Shown here: piece by piece, positions 35,973 through 44,415 of the stretch
Numbering within the stretch: the stretch's first letter is position 1
Layout of the letters: the number at the start of each line of letters is the position of its first letter
Source: Thermoplasmata archaeon
Lineage (GTDB): Archaea > Thermoplasmatota > Thermoplasmata > Lutacidiplasmatales > UBA184
Reading direction: 5' to 3'
Length of the DNA: 64,000 nt
Assembly: GCA_050013595.1 (NCBI GenBank)
Contig: JBEKEY010000002.1
Coordinates: 1,522 to 65,521, forward strand
Program-made: the position numbers and the translations under genes
The notes under the pieces: generated by a model
What the model saw: the letters and a program-made list of their open reading frames with translations, nothing else
What the model was told of the DNA's origin: nothing
Databases searched by the model: none

Positions 35973-36923
35973 GTGAAGATCCTCATCCTCGGTGCAGGGG
36001 CGGTTGGCAGCCTGCTCGGCGCATTGTTGCAGGAGGGGGGCAATTCGGTACTCCTCGTCGGACGCGAGGAACATGTGGCCGCGGTGCGGGCCCAGGGCCT
36101 GCGGGTCTCGGGTTCTCGGCCCCGGGTCGTTCCCCTCGAAGCCGCCGCGCAGATTCCCTCGAACGCGGAGGTGGACGTAGTGATCGTCACGACGAAGACC
36201 TTCGACCTCGCGAAGGCGATGACCGCGCTCGCGCGGTCGCTCACGGCGCGCCCGACCCTCCTCCTCCAGAACGGCCTCGGTGTCCTCCCCCTCGCCCGAA
36301 ACGCCCTCGCGACGGGAGGCTGGAGCGACCCCGTCACCTACCTCGTACGTGGGGTGAACTCGATACCGGCAACCTGGGTGGGCCCGGGCGAGGTCCGGGA
36401 GACCGGTCTCGGGGAGGTCCTGCTGCCGGTTCCGGGCGAGGCGGGGCCGGCCGCGGGGGCCGCCCGGCTCTTCCGCATGCTCTTCGAAGGTGCCCGCGTG
36501 CCGGTCGAAGCGGCCCCCGAGTTCGAGCGGGAGGTCTGGCGCAAGGCGCTCGTGAACGCCGCCATCAACCCGGTCACCGCGGTCCGCGGGGTCACGAACG
36601 GCGAGCTCCTGAACGAGCCCGGACGCACGGAGGCGCTCCGGCTGCTGGGGGAGGCGCTCGCGGTCGCGCGAGCGGCTGGCTTCGATTTCACGAGTGAGGA
36701 GGTGACGCGCGACTTCGAGCGGATCGCGCGGGCGACGGCCGCGAACCGCTCGAGCATGCTCCAGGACCTCGACCGGGGACGCCCGACGGAGATCGACGCG
36801 ATCTCGGGGGAGATCCTTCGGGAGGCCGAGCGCCACGGCCTTGAGCTGCCCGCCACCCGGGCGGTCGTGGCGGAGGTCACGGCGCGAGCGACCCGTTCCT
36901 CCCCCCGGCCACAATCCTCATAG
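35973..36923 (+). CDS. panE: 2-dehydropantoate 2-reductase
   Basis: 316 aa with MKILILGAGAVGS and a C-terminal ApbA/PanE pattern (SSMLQDLDRGRPTEID). Confidence 0.85.
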   Translation: MKILILGAGAVGSLLGALLQEGGNSVLLVGREEHVAAVRAQGLRVSGSRPRVVPLEAAAQIPSNAEVDVVIVTTKTFDLAKAMTALARSLTARPTLLLQNGLGVLPLARNALATGGWSDPVTYLVRGVNSIPATWVGPGEVRETGLGEVLLPVPGEAGPAAGAARLFRMLFEGARVPVEAAPEFEREVWRKALVNAAINPVTAVRGVTNGELLNEPGRTEALRLLGEALAVARAAGFDFTSEEVTRDFERIARATAANRSSMLQDLDRGRPTEIDAISGEILREAERHGLELPATRAVVAEVTARATRSSPRPQSS

Positions 36924-36947
36924 TGACCCAACCCTCGCTCTTCTTGG

Positions 36948-38129
36948 ATGGTCGAAAAACGCGGGATCTCGTCCGCGCCGGTCCACGGCCGCCGGGCGCT
37001 CGTCCGCGTCGATTTCAATGTTCCCCTCACCGCGGGCGGCCAGATCGCCGACGACCGAAGGATCCGGGAAGCTCTGCCCACCCTCAACCACCTGCGGACC
37101 GCCGGCGCGCGCACGATCCTTCTCTCGCATCTCGGACGGCCCGACGGCCGGCCGGACCCCCGGTTGTCGCTGCGGCCCGTGGCGCACCACCTGAGCTCCC
37201 TGCTCGGCCAGCCGGTGAACTTTGCCGACGAGGTCGTGGGCGTGCGTGCCCTCGAGCGAGCGACCCGGCTCGAGAACGGCCAGTTCCTCATGCTCGAGAA
37301 CCTGCGCTTTCATCCCGGCGAAGAGGCGAACGACCCTGCGTTCGCTTCCGCGCTCGCGAACCTCGGACAGGTCTTCGTCGAGGACGCCTTCGGAACCGTG
37401 CATCGAGCGCACGCGTCGACGGTCGGCGTGCCGAAGCGGCTCCCGTCGTTCGCGGGCCTGCTCGTCGAGCGCGAGGTCCGCGAGCTCTCGAAGCTCGTGG
37501 AGGCGCCCGCGCGCCCCTACGCGGTCCTCGTGGGAGGTGCCAAGGTGGCGGACAAGCTTCCGCTGCTCACGAGCTTCCTCGGTCGCGCGGATTCGCTTCT
37601 CATCGGCGGGGCACTGGCGTTCCCGTTCCTTGCCGCGCAGGGCGCTCGTCTCGGTGCCACCCCCATTGAGCCGGGCCTTCGGGACGCCGTGGGCGAGTTC
37701 TTCAAGAAGGCCACCGCCGCCGGCACCGAGGTCGTCCTGCCCACGGATGTCATGGTCGAGCGAGCGGACAAGCCGGAAGCCGCCGCGTACGCGGTGGGCC
37801 ACCTGCCCCCCGGAGGCCTCGCGCGGGACATCGGACCGGCGACCCGGGCCCGATTCGTCGAGGTGCTCGCGCGCTCGAAGACCGTCTTCTGGAACGGACC
37901 TCTCGGCCTCGCCGAGGACCCGCGTTTTGCCGACGGGACCCGGGAGGTCCTCTCTCGGCTCGGCGGAATCCCGGGATATCATGTCGCGGCCGGCGGCGAC
38001 TCCGCCCGGGTGGCCCAAGACCTCGACGTGTCGGGAGCCTTTCAGTTCATCTCGACCGGCGGCGGTGCGGCGCTCGAGTTCGTCCAGGGACTCGAGCTCC
38101 CGGGGCTCGCCGTGCTCCCCGACGCGTAG
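36948..38129 (+). CDS. pgk: phosphoglycerate kinase
   Basis: 393 aa with RVDFNVP, SHLGRP and the GGGAALEF C-terminal motif. Confidence 0.95.
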   Translation: MVEKRGISSAPVHGRRALVRVDFNVPLTAGGQIADDRRIREALPTLNHLRTAGARTILLSHLGRPDGRPDPRLSLRPVAHHLSSLLGQPVNFADEVVGVRALERATRLENGQFLMLENLRFHPGEEANDPAFASALANLGQVFVEDAFGTVHRAHASTVGVPKRLPSFAGLLVEREVRELSKLVEAPARPYAVLVGGAKVADKLPLLTSFLGRADSLLIGGALAFPFLAAQGARLGATPIEPGLRDAVGEFFKKATAAGTEVVLPTDVMVERADKPEAAAYAVGHLPPGGLARDIGPATRARFVEVLARSKTVFWNGPLGLAEDPRFADGTREVLSRLGGIPGYHVAAGGDSARVAQDLDVSGAFQFISTGGGAALEFVQGLELPGLAVLPDA

Positions 38130-38508
38130 AGCCGCCGCCCATCGGGGGCGGGGGCGATTCGGGGTCGAGCGTCGCCGCGAGGTAGCGCAGGTAGGCGCTC
38201 CCCACGCGAGGCACATCGAGCTCGGCGATCTCGGGAACCTCGTACGGATGGTTCGTCTCGAGGTACCGGAACAGCGCACCCACCCGCTTCGGGACGGTCT
38301 TGAACAAGACCAGCGCCTCGTCGGCCGATTCGAGCTCCCCCTTCCACCAGTAGCGGGAATGCGCGGGCACGACATTGGCGCAGGCGGCCAGCCCCCCGCG
38401 AAGGACCTCCTCGACCACCACGAGGGCCGCTTCGCGCGAGGGGTACGTCGTGAGGACGAGTCGCATCGGACCGACCGCGCGGACCTGGTCGAGAGGATAC
38501 GGGCTCAT
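38047..38508 (-). CDS. cutA: divalent-cation tolerance protein CutA
   Basis: The CutA core is present (LAACANVVPAHSRYWWKGELESADEALVLFKT...HPYEVPEI). The ATGA overlap with the stop of the upstream PolD gene supports the start at 38508. A basic tail overlaps the pgk 3' end. Confidence 0.8.
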   Translation of the reverse strand: MSPYPLDQVRAVGPMRLVLTTYPSREAALVVVEEVLRGGLAACANVVPAHSRYWWKGELESADEALVLFKTVPKRVGALFRYLETNHPYEVPEIAELDVPRVGSAYLRYLAATLDPESPPPPMGGGSTRRGARRAPGARVPGRTRAPHRRRSR

Positions 38509-40031
38509 GCCGGGGGCTCCCCCACGGTGGGGCGCCCGGCCGAGAAATCGAGCGTGGCGAGTCCGAGGGTCGCGAGGTCGACCACCGCGGCGCGGGCGGG
38601 AACGGGAGAGATGTTGCGCATGCGCTGATACTCGGTCTCGGACTGCCAGGTCGAGGCGTTGAGCAACAGTACCCCGCGGTACCGGTCGGTCCCGTAGGTA
38701 TGGGCATGGCCGGTGACGAGGATGTCCGGCGGCGGGTCGATGACGAGCCCGTCCCGGGGCAGCGGCGCGAGCGGCGTTCGGTCACCGTAGATCGGCGCCA
38801 GGTGGCGCATCTGGAGCATGCGCTTCATCACCTCCGTGGGCCGAGCGTAGGAAGCCCCCGGGATCGCGGGGATCAGGTCGTCGAAGCTCCTCCCGTGATA
38901 CGCCTCGACCACGACCCCCGAGAGCGCGAACGTGGACGGGTTCGCGAGGTTCCGCACGTTCGGAGGGAGCAGCGAGCTGAGGTTGGTCGGGAGCGCCGGC
39001 TGAGGCTCCGCGGGGGAAACGGCATCATGGTTTCCCGGGATGGCGACCACGTTGAGGCGGTCCGGCAGCTCCGCGAGCCGTCGACCGAGCTCGGCGTATT
39101 GTTCGACCACGTCGGTGATCGCGAGGTCGCGTTCCTGCCGCGGATAGATGCCGATCCCGTCCACGAGGTCGCCCGCGATGACGATGTGGTCGATCGAGGC
39201 CGCGAGGTCGGGGTAGGGGCCCCGACCGCGGAGGAACTCGACTAGATGCGCCCAGTTCTCGCCCAGGAACGATTTGCTGCCGATGTGGAGGTCGGAGAGG
39301 AACATCGCGCGGCGAGGCGACGCCGCCCGGCCCATCGGTCGGGTGGAGGGGACATCCGGGCGCTCCACGTGGGCCACCCGGGGGATCCGGCCCGGGTCTT
39401 TCGAGAAGCTCACCGTGAGACCGACCACCTCGTCGGAAAGGAACGTGAGGCGCGAGCCGGGCGAATCTTTGGGGACGAGCATTTCGACGGAGCCGGTCTC
39501 GTCATCGACGGTAAGGATGATGTGGTGGCGCTGGGGCGTCTCCCGGACCTCGCGCACCATCCCGATGATCGAGGACACACCCTCGGTCGCGCGCAACTCG
39601 CGGATCGGTCGGAGGTTCGGAAGCTCCGGTCGTCCTCGGAGCATCCGTGCGATCGCCCGGTACCGGGATTGGAAGAGCGCTTCGTAGGCCGCGATCGGCT
39701 GGGTCGTGACCGGCGGACCCGTGAACCCCTCGCACACGAGTTCGAACGGCACGGGCGGGCGACGGGCGGTGGCGTTCGCGACGAGCCCGGGATTGAGTGG
39801 TTCCGAACGGGGCTCGGGCGATTGCCGCCGGGCGAGGGCTGCCTCCACCATCTCCCGGGTGACGAACGGGGACTCCTCGCCGGACCGGGCCACGAGCTCC
39901 CGCGAGAGCGCGAGTGGCTGGCGGTCGGAGAGGATCAGCTGGAGAGCTCCGGCCTCGAGGAGCTTGTGGTGCTCTTCGAAGTAGGCCACTAGGTGCTCGC
40001 GCAACGCAGCCGCCACGTACCCCTCGGCCAT
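38505..40031 (-). CDS. DNA polymerase II (PolD) small subunit DP1
   Basis: 508 aa with calcineurin-like phosphoesterase motifs (FLSDLHIGS, IAGDLVDGIG, IPGNHDA, GHAH) and the OB-fold region typical of DP1. Confidence 0.9.
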   Translation of the reverse strand: MAEGYVAAALREHLVAYFEEHHKLLEAGALQLILSDRQPLALSRELVARSGEESPFVTREMVEAALARRQSPEPRSEPLNPGLVANATARRPPVPFELVCEGFTGPPVTTQPIAAYEALFQSRYRAIARMLRGRPELPNLRPIRELRATEGVSSIIGMVREVRETPQRHHIILTVDDETGSVEMLVPKDSPGSRLTFLSDEVVGLTVSFSKDPGRIPRVAHVERPDVPSTRPMGRAASPRRAMFLSDLHIGSKSFLGENWAHLVEFLRGRGPYPDLAASIDHIVIAGDLVDGIGIYPRQERDLAITDVVEQYAELGRRLAELPDRLNVVAIPGNHDAVSPAEPQPALPTNLSSLLPPNVRNLANPSTFALSGVVVEAYHGRSFDDLIPAIPGASYARPTEVMKRMLQMRHLAPIYGDRTPLAPLPRDGLVIDPPPDILVTGHAHTYGTDRYRGVLLLNASTWQSETEYQRMRNISPVPARAAVVDLATLGLATLDFSAGRPTVGEPPA

Positions 40032-40147
40032 CCCTCCCGGTCCCCGGACCGTCCAGGAGATGGCGGGTCGTCGGACGAGCCCCGGCTTATTTCAAGACTC
40101 GGGCGACCGGAGCGACGCCGGGCGGTGCCGCCCCGTGGGACGGGCGC

Positions 40148-40885
40148 TTAGCGGTACGATTCCTTCGCGTAGGAGGCCCCTTTCGGGTACTTCTCCTTCA
40201 GATGCGCGACGAACGACTCGGGTGTGCGCGCGAGGTGCGCCGCGTACCACTGCACCACGACGTCCTTGAGCACGCGGTGGAGCTCTCCCACCTTGACCTC
40301 GTCCTCGTCACTATCGTAGAGCACGGCCTGGCTCATCATCCGCATCCAACCGGAGTAACGGTGGTAGCTCTCGCCGTCGCACCACTCGAAGATTCCACGG
40401 ATGTGCGACTTCCCCTCGGGAGTACGGTAGTACCAGAAGCGGAGCGTGAACCCGCCCCAACCGGTCGCGCGGTCGGCGAGCTCGACGGTCTTCACCGCAC
40501 CGAAGTCGAACGTCTCCTTGAACGTCCACTTCGTCGGGTACTCGGCGAACGTCGCGAAGAGCGTCTGGGAGGGGTCGATCGTGAGATGGACCGAGACCTC
40601 TTCGAACTGGTTGTGGACCTCCCAGAGGTCCTGGAGGAGTCGGCGATTGATCTCCGCTCGCGCCGAAAGGTCCTCTCCCGTCTTCGCGCTGGCCGCTTCC
40701 TGGGTCTTCGAAAGCTCGATCTTCAGCGACGAGACGAAGTCGTCGTCCGCGAGGGGAGGTTCGGGTGCGGGAGTCCCGGGTTCCGGGACGGACACCACTT
40801 TGCGCGCAGATTTACGGGGCATGAGTGCAGGCTCCGAGGTCGCGTAGCGGAGGCCGCTATAAAGACTGTTAGCCTCGTCTCGCAT
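40148..40885 (-). CDS. hypothetical protein
   Basis: The start is set at ATG 40885, downstream of a TATTTAA box at 40940..40946 (minus strand). I recognise no family. It lies between the PolD DP1 and dnaG genes. Confidence 0.55.
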   Translation of the reverse strand: MRDEANSLYSGLRYATSEPALMPRKSARKVVSVPEPGTPAPEPPLADDDFVSSLKIELSKTQEAASAKTGEDLSARAEINRRLLQDLWEVHNQFEEVSVHLTIDPSQTLFATFAEYPTKWTFKETFDFGAVKTVELADRATGWGGFTLRFWYYRTPEGKSHIRGIFEWCDGESYHRYSGWMRMMSQAVLYDSDEDEVKVGELHRVLKDVVVQWYAAHLARTPESFVAHLKEKYPKGASYAKESYR

Positions 40886-40939
40886 CGCGGCTCGCCGGTG
40901 GGCGTGAGGTTCGTCGAGCGCGAGTTCGGTGGGCGCCCG

Positions 40940-40946
40940 CTTAAAT
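40940..40946 (-). promoter_or_regulatory. TATA box (TATTTAA on the minus strand)
   Basis: An AT-rich heptamer in a locally lower-GC stretch, about 55 nt upstream of ATG 40885. Confidence 0.4.
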
Positions 40947-41165
40947 ACGGTCTTCGACTCATCACGGTTGGAAAGCACCCCTCCGGGGACGAAAGGAGGT
41001 ACCCTCCCGACGTCGCCAGGTGATCCGGAAGCACGACTCATGTTCCGCCCACGATCCTGTCGTAATCTCCGCGCATCGTCCGGCGACCCGGGTCGTACCT
41101 AGATTCGTCCCTCGGGGAGACCCCCGCAACTGTGCGGGCGCTTTTCACCATGAGGAGAATCGAAC

Positions 41166-42494
41166 ATGACCAACGACCCAAACGCCGCAAAATACCAGAT
41201 CCGAGCCCGCATTTCCGCCGAAGGCGTCATCGACAAACCTGACGTCGTCGGGGCGGTGTTCGGACAGACCGAAGGACTGCTCGGTGACGAGCTCGACCTG
41301 CGCGACCTCCAGAAATCCGGACGGATCGGACGCATCGAGGTCGAGATCGACAGCCGCAAGGGAAAGAGCGAAGGCGAGATCCTGATCCCGTCGTCCCTCG
41401 ACCAGGTCGAGACCGCCATCCTGGCCTCGGGACTCGAGACCGTCGACCGCATCGGCCCGTGCCGAGCGAAGATCGAGGTGATCAGCGTCGAAGACATCCG
41501 GATCTCGAAGCGCCAGAAGGTCGTCGAACGCGCGAAGGAGATCCTCGCCCACCTCCAGGAAGAGTCGAAGGGGGTCGGGATGGACCTGACCGAGGCCGTC
41601 CGCAAGGCGGTCCAGGTCGAGGAGATCACGACCTACGGTCCCGAGCACCTCCCATCCGGACCGAACATCGATCAGGCGGACGCGCTCATCGTCGTCGAAG
41701 GGCGCTCCGATGTGCTGAACCTCTTGCGCTGCGGGATCAAGAACACGATCGCGGTCGAGGGGACGAGCGTCCCGCAGACCGTGAAGGACCTCTCGCGCGG
41801 TAAGACGGTGACCGTCTTCACGGACGGCGACCGCGCCGGGGAGCTGATTCTCCGGGAAATGCTTCAGACGATGGACATCGATTTCGTCGCCCGCGCCCCG
41901 CGCGGAAGCGAGGTCGAGGAGCTCACCCAGAAGCAGCTCCTGAAGTGCCTGCGGAACAAGATCCCCCTCAACCAGTACCTCGAGATGAGCGGGTTCGAGT
42001 CCACGGGCGCGACCCGGGAACCGAGAGAAGAGCGCAGCGAGGAAGGCGGCGGCCGCGGCGAGCGACGGGACGAGCGTCCCCGCGATGGCGGCGGACGACG
42101 GGAGGAGCGCGAACGCGCCCCGCCCGCCCGCATGGCCGTGCCGCTTCCCCCGCCACCGCCCCCGCCCGCGGCCCCGCTCTCGCCCGAGCTCCAGCACTAC
42201 TTCGAACTGCTCGACGGCGTCGAGAACCAGTCGAAGAGCCTCTTCCTCGGCGAAGGCGACGCCGTGGTCGGCGAAGCCCCCGTGAAGGAGATGATCGAGG
42301 CGCTCGCGAACCTCACCGTTCCCGCTAAGGCGGTCGTCTTCGATGGGATCGTGAGCCAGCGGCTCCTCGATGTCGCCCAGGAGAAGGGGATCACGACGGT
42401 CGTCGCGACCCGCCTCGGCCCGGTCGGGAAGATGCCCGACAAGGTCCGCGTCTTCACAAAGGCGGACCTCGGCGCCCCCGGCGGCAATCGCTAG
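41166..42494 (+). CDS. dnaG: archaeal DnaG primase-like TOPRIM protein
   Basis: 442 aa with the N-terminus KYQIRARISAEGVIDKPDVVGAVFGQTEGLLG and a TOPRIM core (LIVVEGRSDV...TDGDRAGE). GAGGAG lies 8 nt upstream of the ATG. It contains an Arg/Glu/Gly- and Pro-rich insertion. Confidence 0.9.
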   Translation: MTNDPNAAKYQIRARISAEGVIDKPDVVGAVFGQTEGLLGDELDLRDLQKSGRIGRIEVEIDSRKGKSEGEILIPSSLDQVETAILASGLETVDRIGPCRAKIEVISVEDIRISKRQKVVERAKEILAHLQEESKGVGMDLTEAVRKAVQVEEITTYGPEHLPSGPNIDQADALIVVEGRSDVLNLLRCGIKNTIAVEGTSVPQTVKDLSRGKTVTVFTDGDRAGELILREMLQTMDIDFVARAPRGSEVEELTQKQLLKCLRNKIPLNQYLEMSGFESTGATREPREERSEEGGGRGERRDERPRDGGGRREERERAPPARMAVPLPPPPPPPAAPLSPELQHYFELLDGVENQSKSLFLGEGDAVVGEAPVKEMIEALANLTVPAKAVVFDGIVSQRLLDVAQEKGITTVVATRLGPVGKMPDKVRVFTKADLGAPGGNR

Positions 42495-42575
42495 GGACCC
42501 ACCGCACGTCGCGGGACCTCCCCCCGAGGCTCCGCGACGAACCTTTTACCTCCCGCCGCGTTTTCTCACCCGACC

Positions 42576-44123
42576 GTGACGACCCCGGCGAGCGACAGCG
42601 CCCACCGCGCTCCGACAGCGCTCGACGAGGTAGGCACCACCGAAGACATCCACATCCCGACCGACCCGCTCGAGCGGGTCATCGGCCAGGAAAAGGCCGT
42701 TGAGATCGCTCGCATCGCGGCCTACCAACGACGGCACCTCTTGCTCGTCGGCCCCCCCGGCATCGGGAAATCGATGACCGCGCAGGCCCTCGCGCTCCAC
42801 CTCGAGCGACCGAGGTCCGAGCTGCGCGTCGTCCACAACCCGGAGAACCCCGAACGGCCCAGCATCGAAGTGGTCTCCCGGGAGGAGGTCTACCACGAAC
42901 GCGAGGCGGCCCGGTCGGTCGAAGGGGAGCTGATCCCTCCCACCGAAGCTCCGGCCACCGTCGCCGAGCGGCTCGGCTACCGATGCCCGCGATGCAGCTT
43001 CTACTCGCTCCCAACCGAGCGCTACTGCCCGAGCTGCGGGAACGTGAAGCAGGCGCCCCCCGGGGTCACGGGCAGCGGCAACCCGTTCCGCGACCTCGTC
43101 GGCGGGATCCTCGAGCTCACCGTGAGCCCCGGAGGGAATCCGCAGGAATCGGTCCGAACGACCCGGCTTAAGTCCGGTGTGGAGGAGGTCGTTGCCTACG
43201 AACGGGCGGGCGACCAGATCAAGGTGCTCGACCAGCGGGCGCTCGAACGCCGACGCCAGCTCCAGCACCAGAGCCCGCGCAAGGTCCTCGTCAAGCTCGA
43301 CCGCAACACCTTCCTGATGGCGACCGGGGCGACCGAGACGGAGCTGCTCGGGGACGTTCGCCACGACCCGTACGGCGGCCATCCGCAGCTCGGGACCCTG
43401 CCGTACGAGCGCGTGATACCCGGCGTCGTGCACGAGGCGCACGAGGGGGTGCTCTTCATCGACGAGCTTCCGCACATCGGGTTCCTGCAACGACACATCC
43501 TGACCGCGATGCAGGAAAAGCGATTCCCGATCACCGGCCGCAACCCGCAATCCGGCGGCGCCGCGGTCCGCGTCGACGGCGTCCCGTGCGACTTCATCCT
43601 CGTGGCGGCCGCCAACATCCAGGACGTTCACCGGATCCTCTCCCCGCTGCGTTCCCGCATCGCCGGCTCGGGGTACGAAGTGCTGCTCGAGACCGCCATG
43701 CCCGACAACGAGGCGAACCGGCTCCGTATCGCTCAGTTCTGCGCCCAGGAGATCGCGGTCGACGGCCGAATCCGACCGGCGACACGCGCCGCGATCCTCG
43801 AGCTCATCCAGGAGTCGCGCCGACGAGCCGAGGTGCTCGACGGACGGCGCAACGCGCTCACGCTGCGTCTGCGCGAGCTCGGCGGACTCATCCGGACCGC
43901 GGGCGACCTCGCCGCGGTGTCGGGAAGCGAGTTCCTCGACGCGAGCCACGTCCGGGAAGCCCTGCTCCGGGCCCGCTCGATTGAAGAGCAGGTTCGCGAG
44001 GTCTACGGCTCGTTCCAGGGTGGGCTCCGCCAGGAGTCGACCGAATCCCAGCGGCAGTCGATGGGCTACTACAATTGGAACGACCACCCCGACCCGGGCC
44101 AGTTCCCCGGCGGCTACGGCTGA
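42576..44123 (+). CDS. Lon-like AAA+ ATPase without protease domain, with a zinc-ribbon insertion
   Basis: VIGQEKAVEIARIAAYQRRHLLLVGPPGIGKSM (Walker A) and GVLFIDELP (Walker B) are present. CPRC...CPSC lies between them. The protein ends after the lid domain, 48 nt before a tRNA gene. Confidence 0.7.
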   Translation: MTTPASDSAHRAPTALDEVGTTEDIHIPTDPLERVIGQEKAVEIARIAAYQRRHLLLVGPPGIGKSMTAQALALHLERPRSELRVVHNPENPERPSIEVVSREEVYHEREAARSVEGELIPPTEAPATVAERLGYRCPRCSFYSLPTERYCPSCGNVKQAPPGVTGSGNPFRDLVGGILELTVSPGGNPQESVRTTRLKSGVEEVVAYERAGDQIKVLDQRALERRRQLQHQSPRKVLVKLDRNTFLMATGATETELLGDVRHDPYGGHPQLGTLPYERVIPGVVHEAHEGVLFIDELPHIGFLQRHILTAMQEKRFPITGRNPQSGGAAVRVDGVPCDFILVAAANIQDVHRILSPLRSRIAGSGYEVLLETAMPDNEANRLRIAQFCAQEIAVDGRIRPATRAAILELIQESRRRAEVLDGRRNALTLRLRELGGLIRTAGDLAAVSGSEFLDASHVREALLRARSIEEQVREVYGSFQGGLRQESTESQRQSMGYYNWNDHPDPGQFPGGYG

Positions 44124-44171
44124 GCCGACCTCCGAAGGGCATAAGTGCCGGGCGTCGGTGGCCGCCCGCGC

Positions 44172-44244
44172 GGGCGCGTAGTCTAGTGGTTATGACGTCA
44201 CCCTGACACGGTGAAGGTCGCCAGTTCGAATCTGGCCGCGCCCA
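44172..44244 (+). tRNA. tRNA-Val (anticodon GAC)
   Basis: Hand-folded cloverleaf. The acceptor is GGGCGCG/CGCGCCC, the anticodon stem is TCACC/GGTGA, the loop is CTGACAC (GAC at 44205..44207), and the T arm is GCCAG-TTCGAAT-CTGGC. The discriminator is A and no CCA is encoded. Confidence 0.9.
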
Positions 44245-44415
44245 TGACCCTCTTCTCGTCGAAGTTGATCGCGGAACGCGTCACTTCGTGCTCGACCGAG
44301 GAGACGGGATCACAGGCCCCGCCGCCGTTCGCCTCCGCTCGTGGCCCGATCCGTCGCCACGTTCTGCACGTGCGCCAAAATCGGCTTGGAGCGCCCCGAC
44401 CCTAGCCCGGATGCC

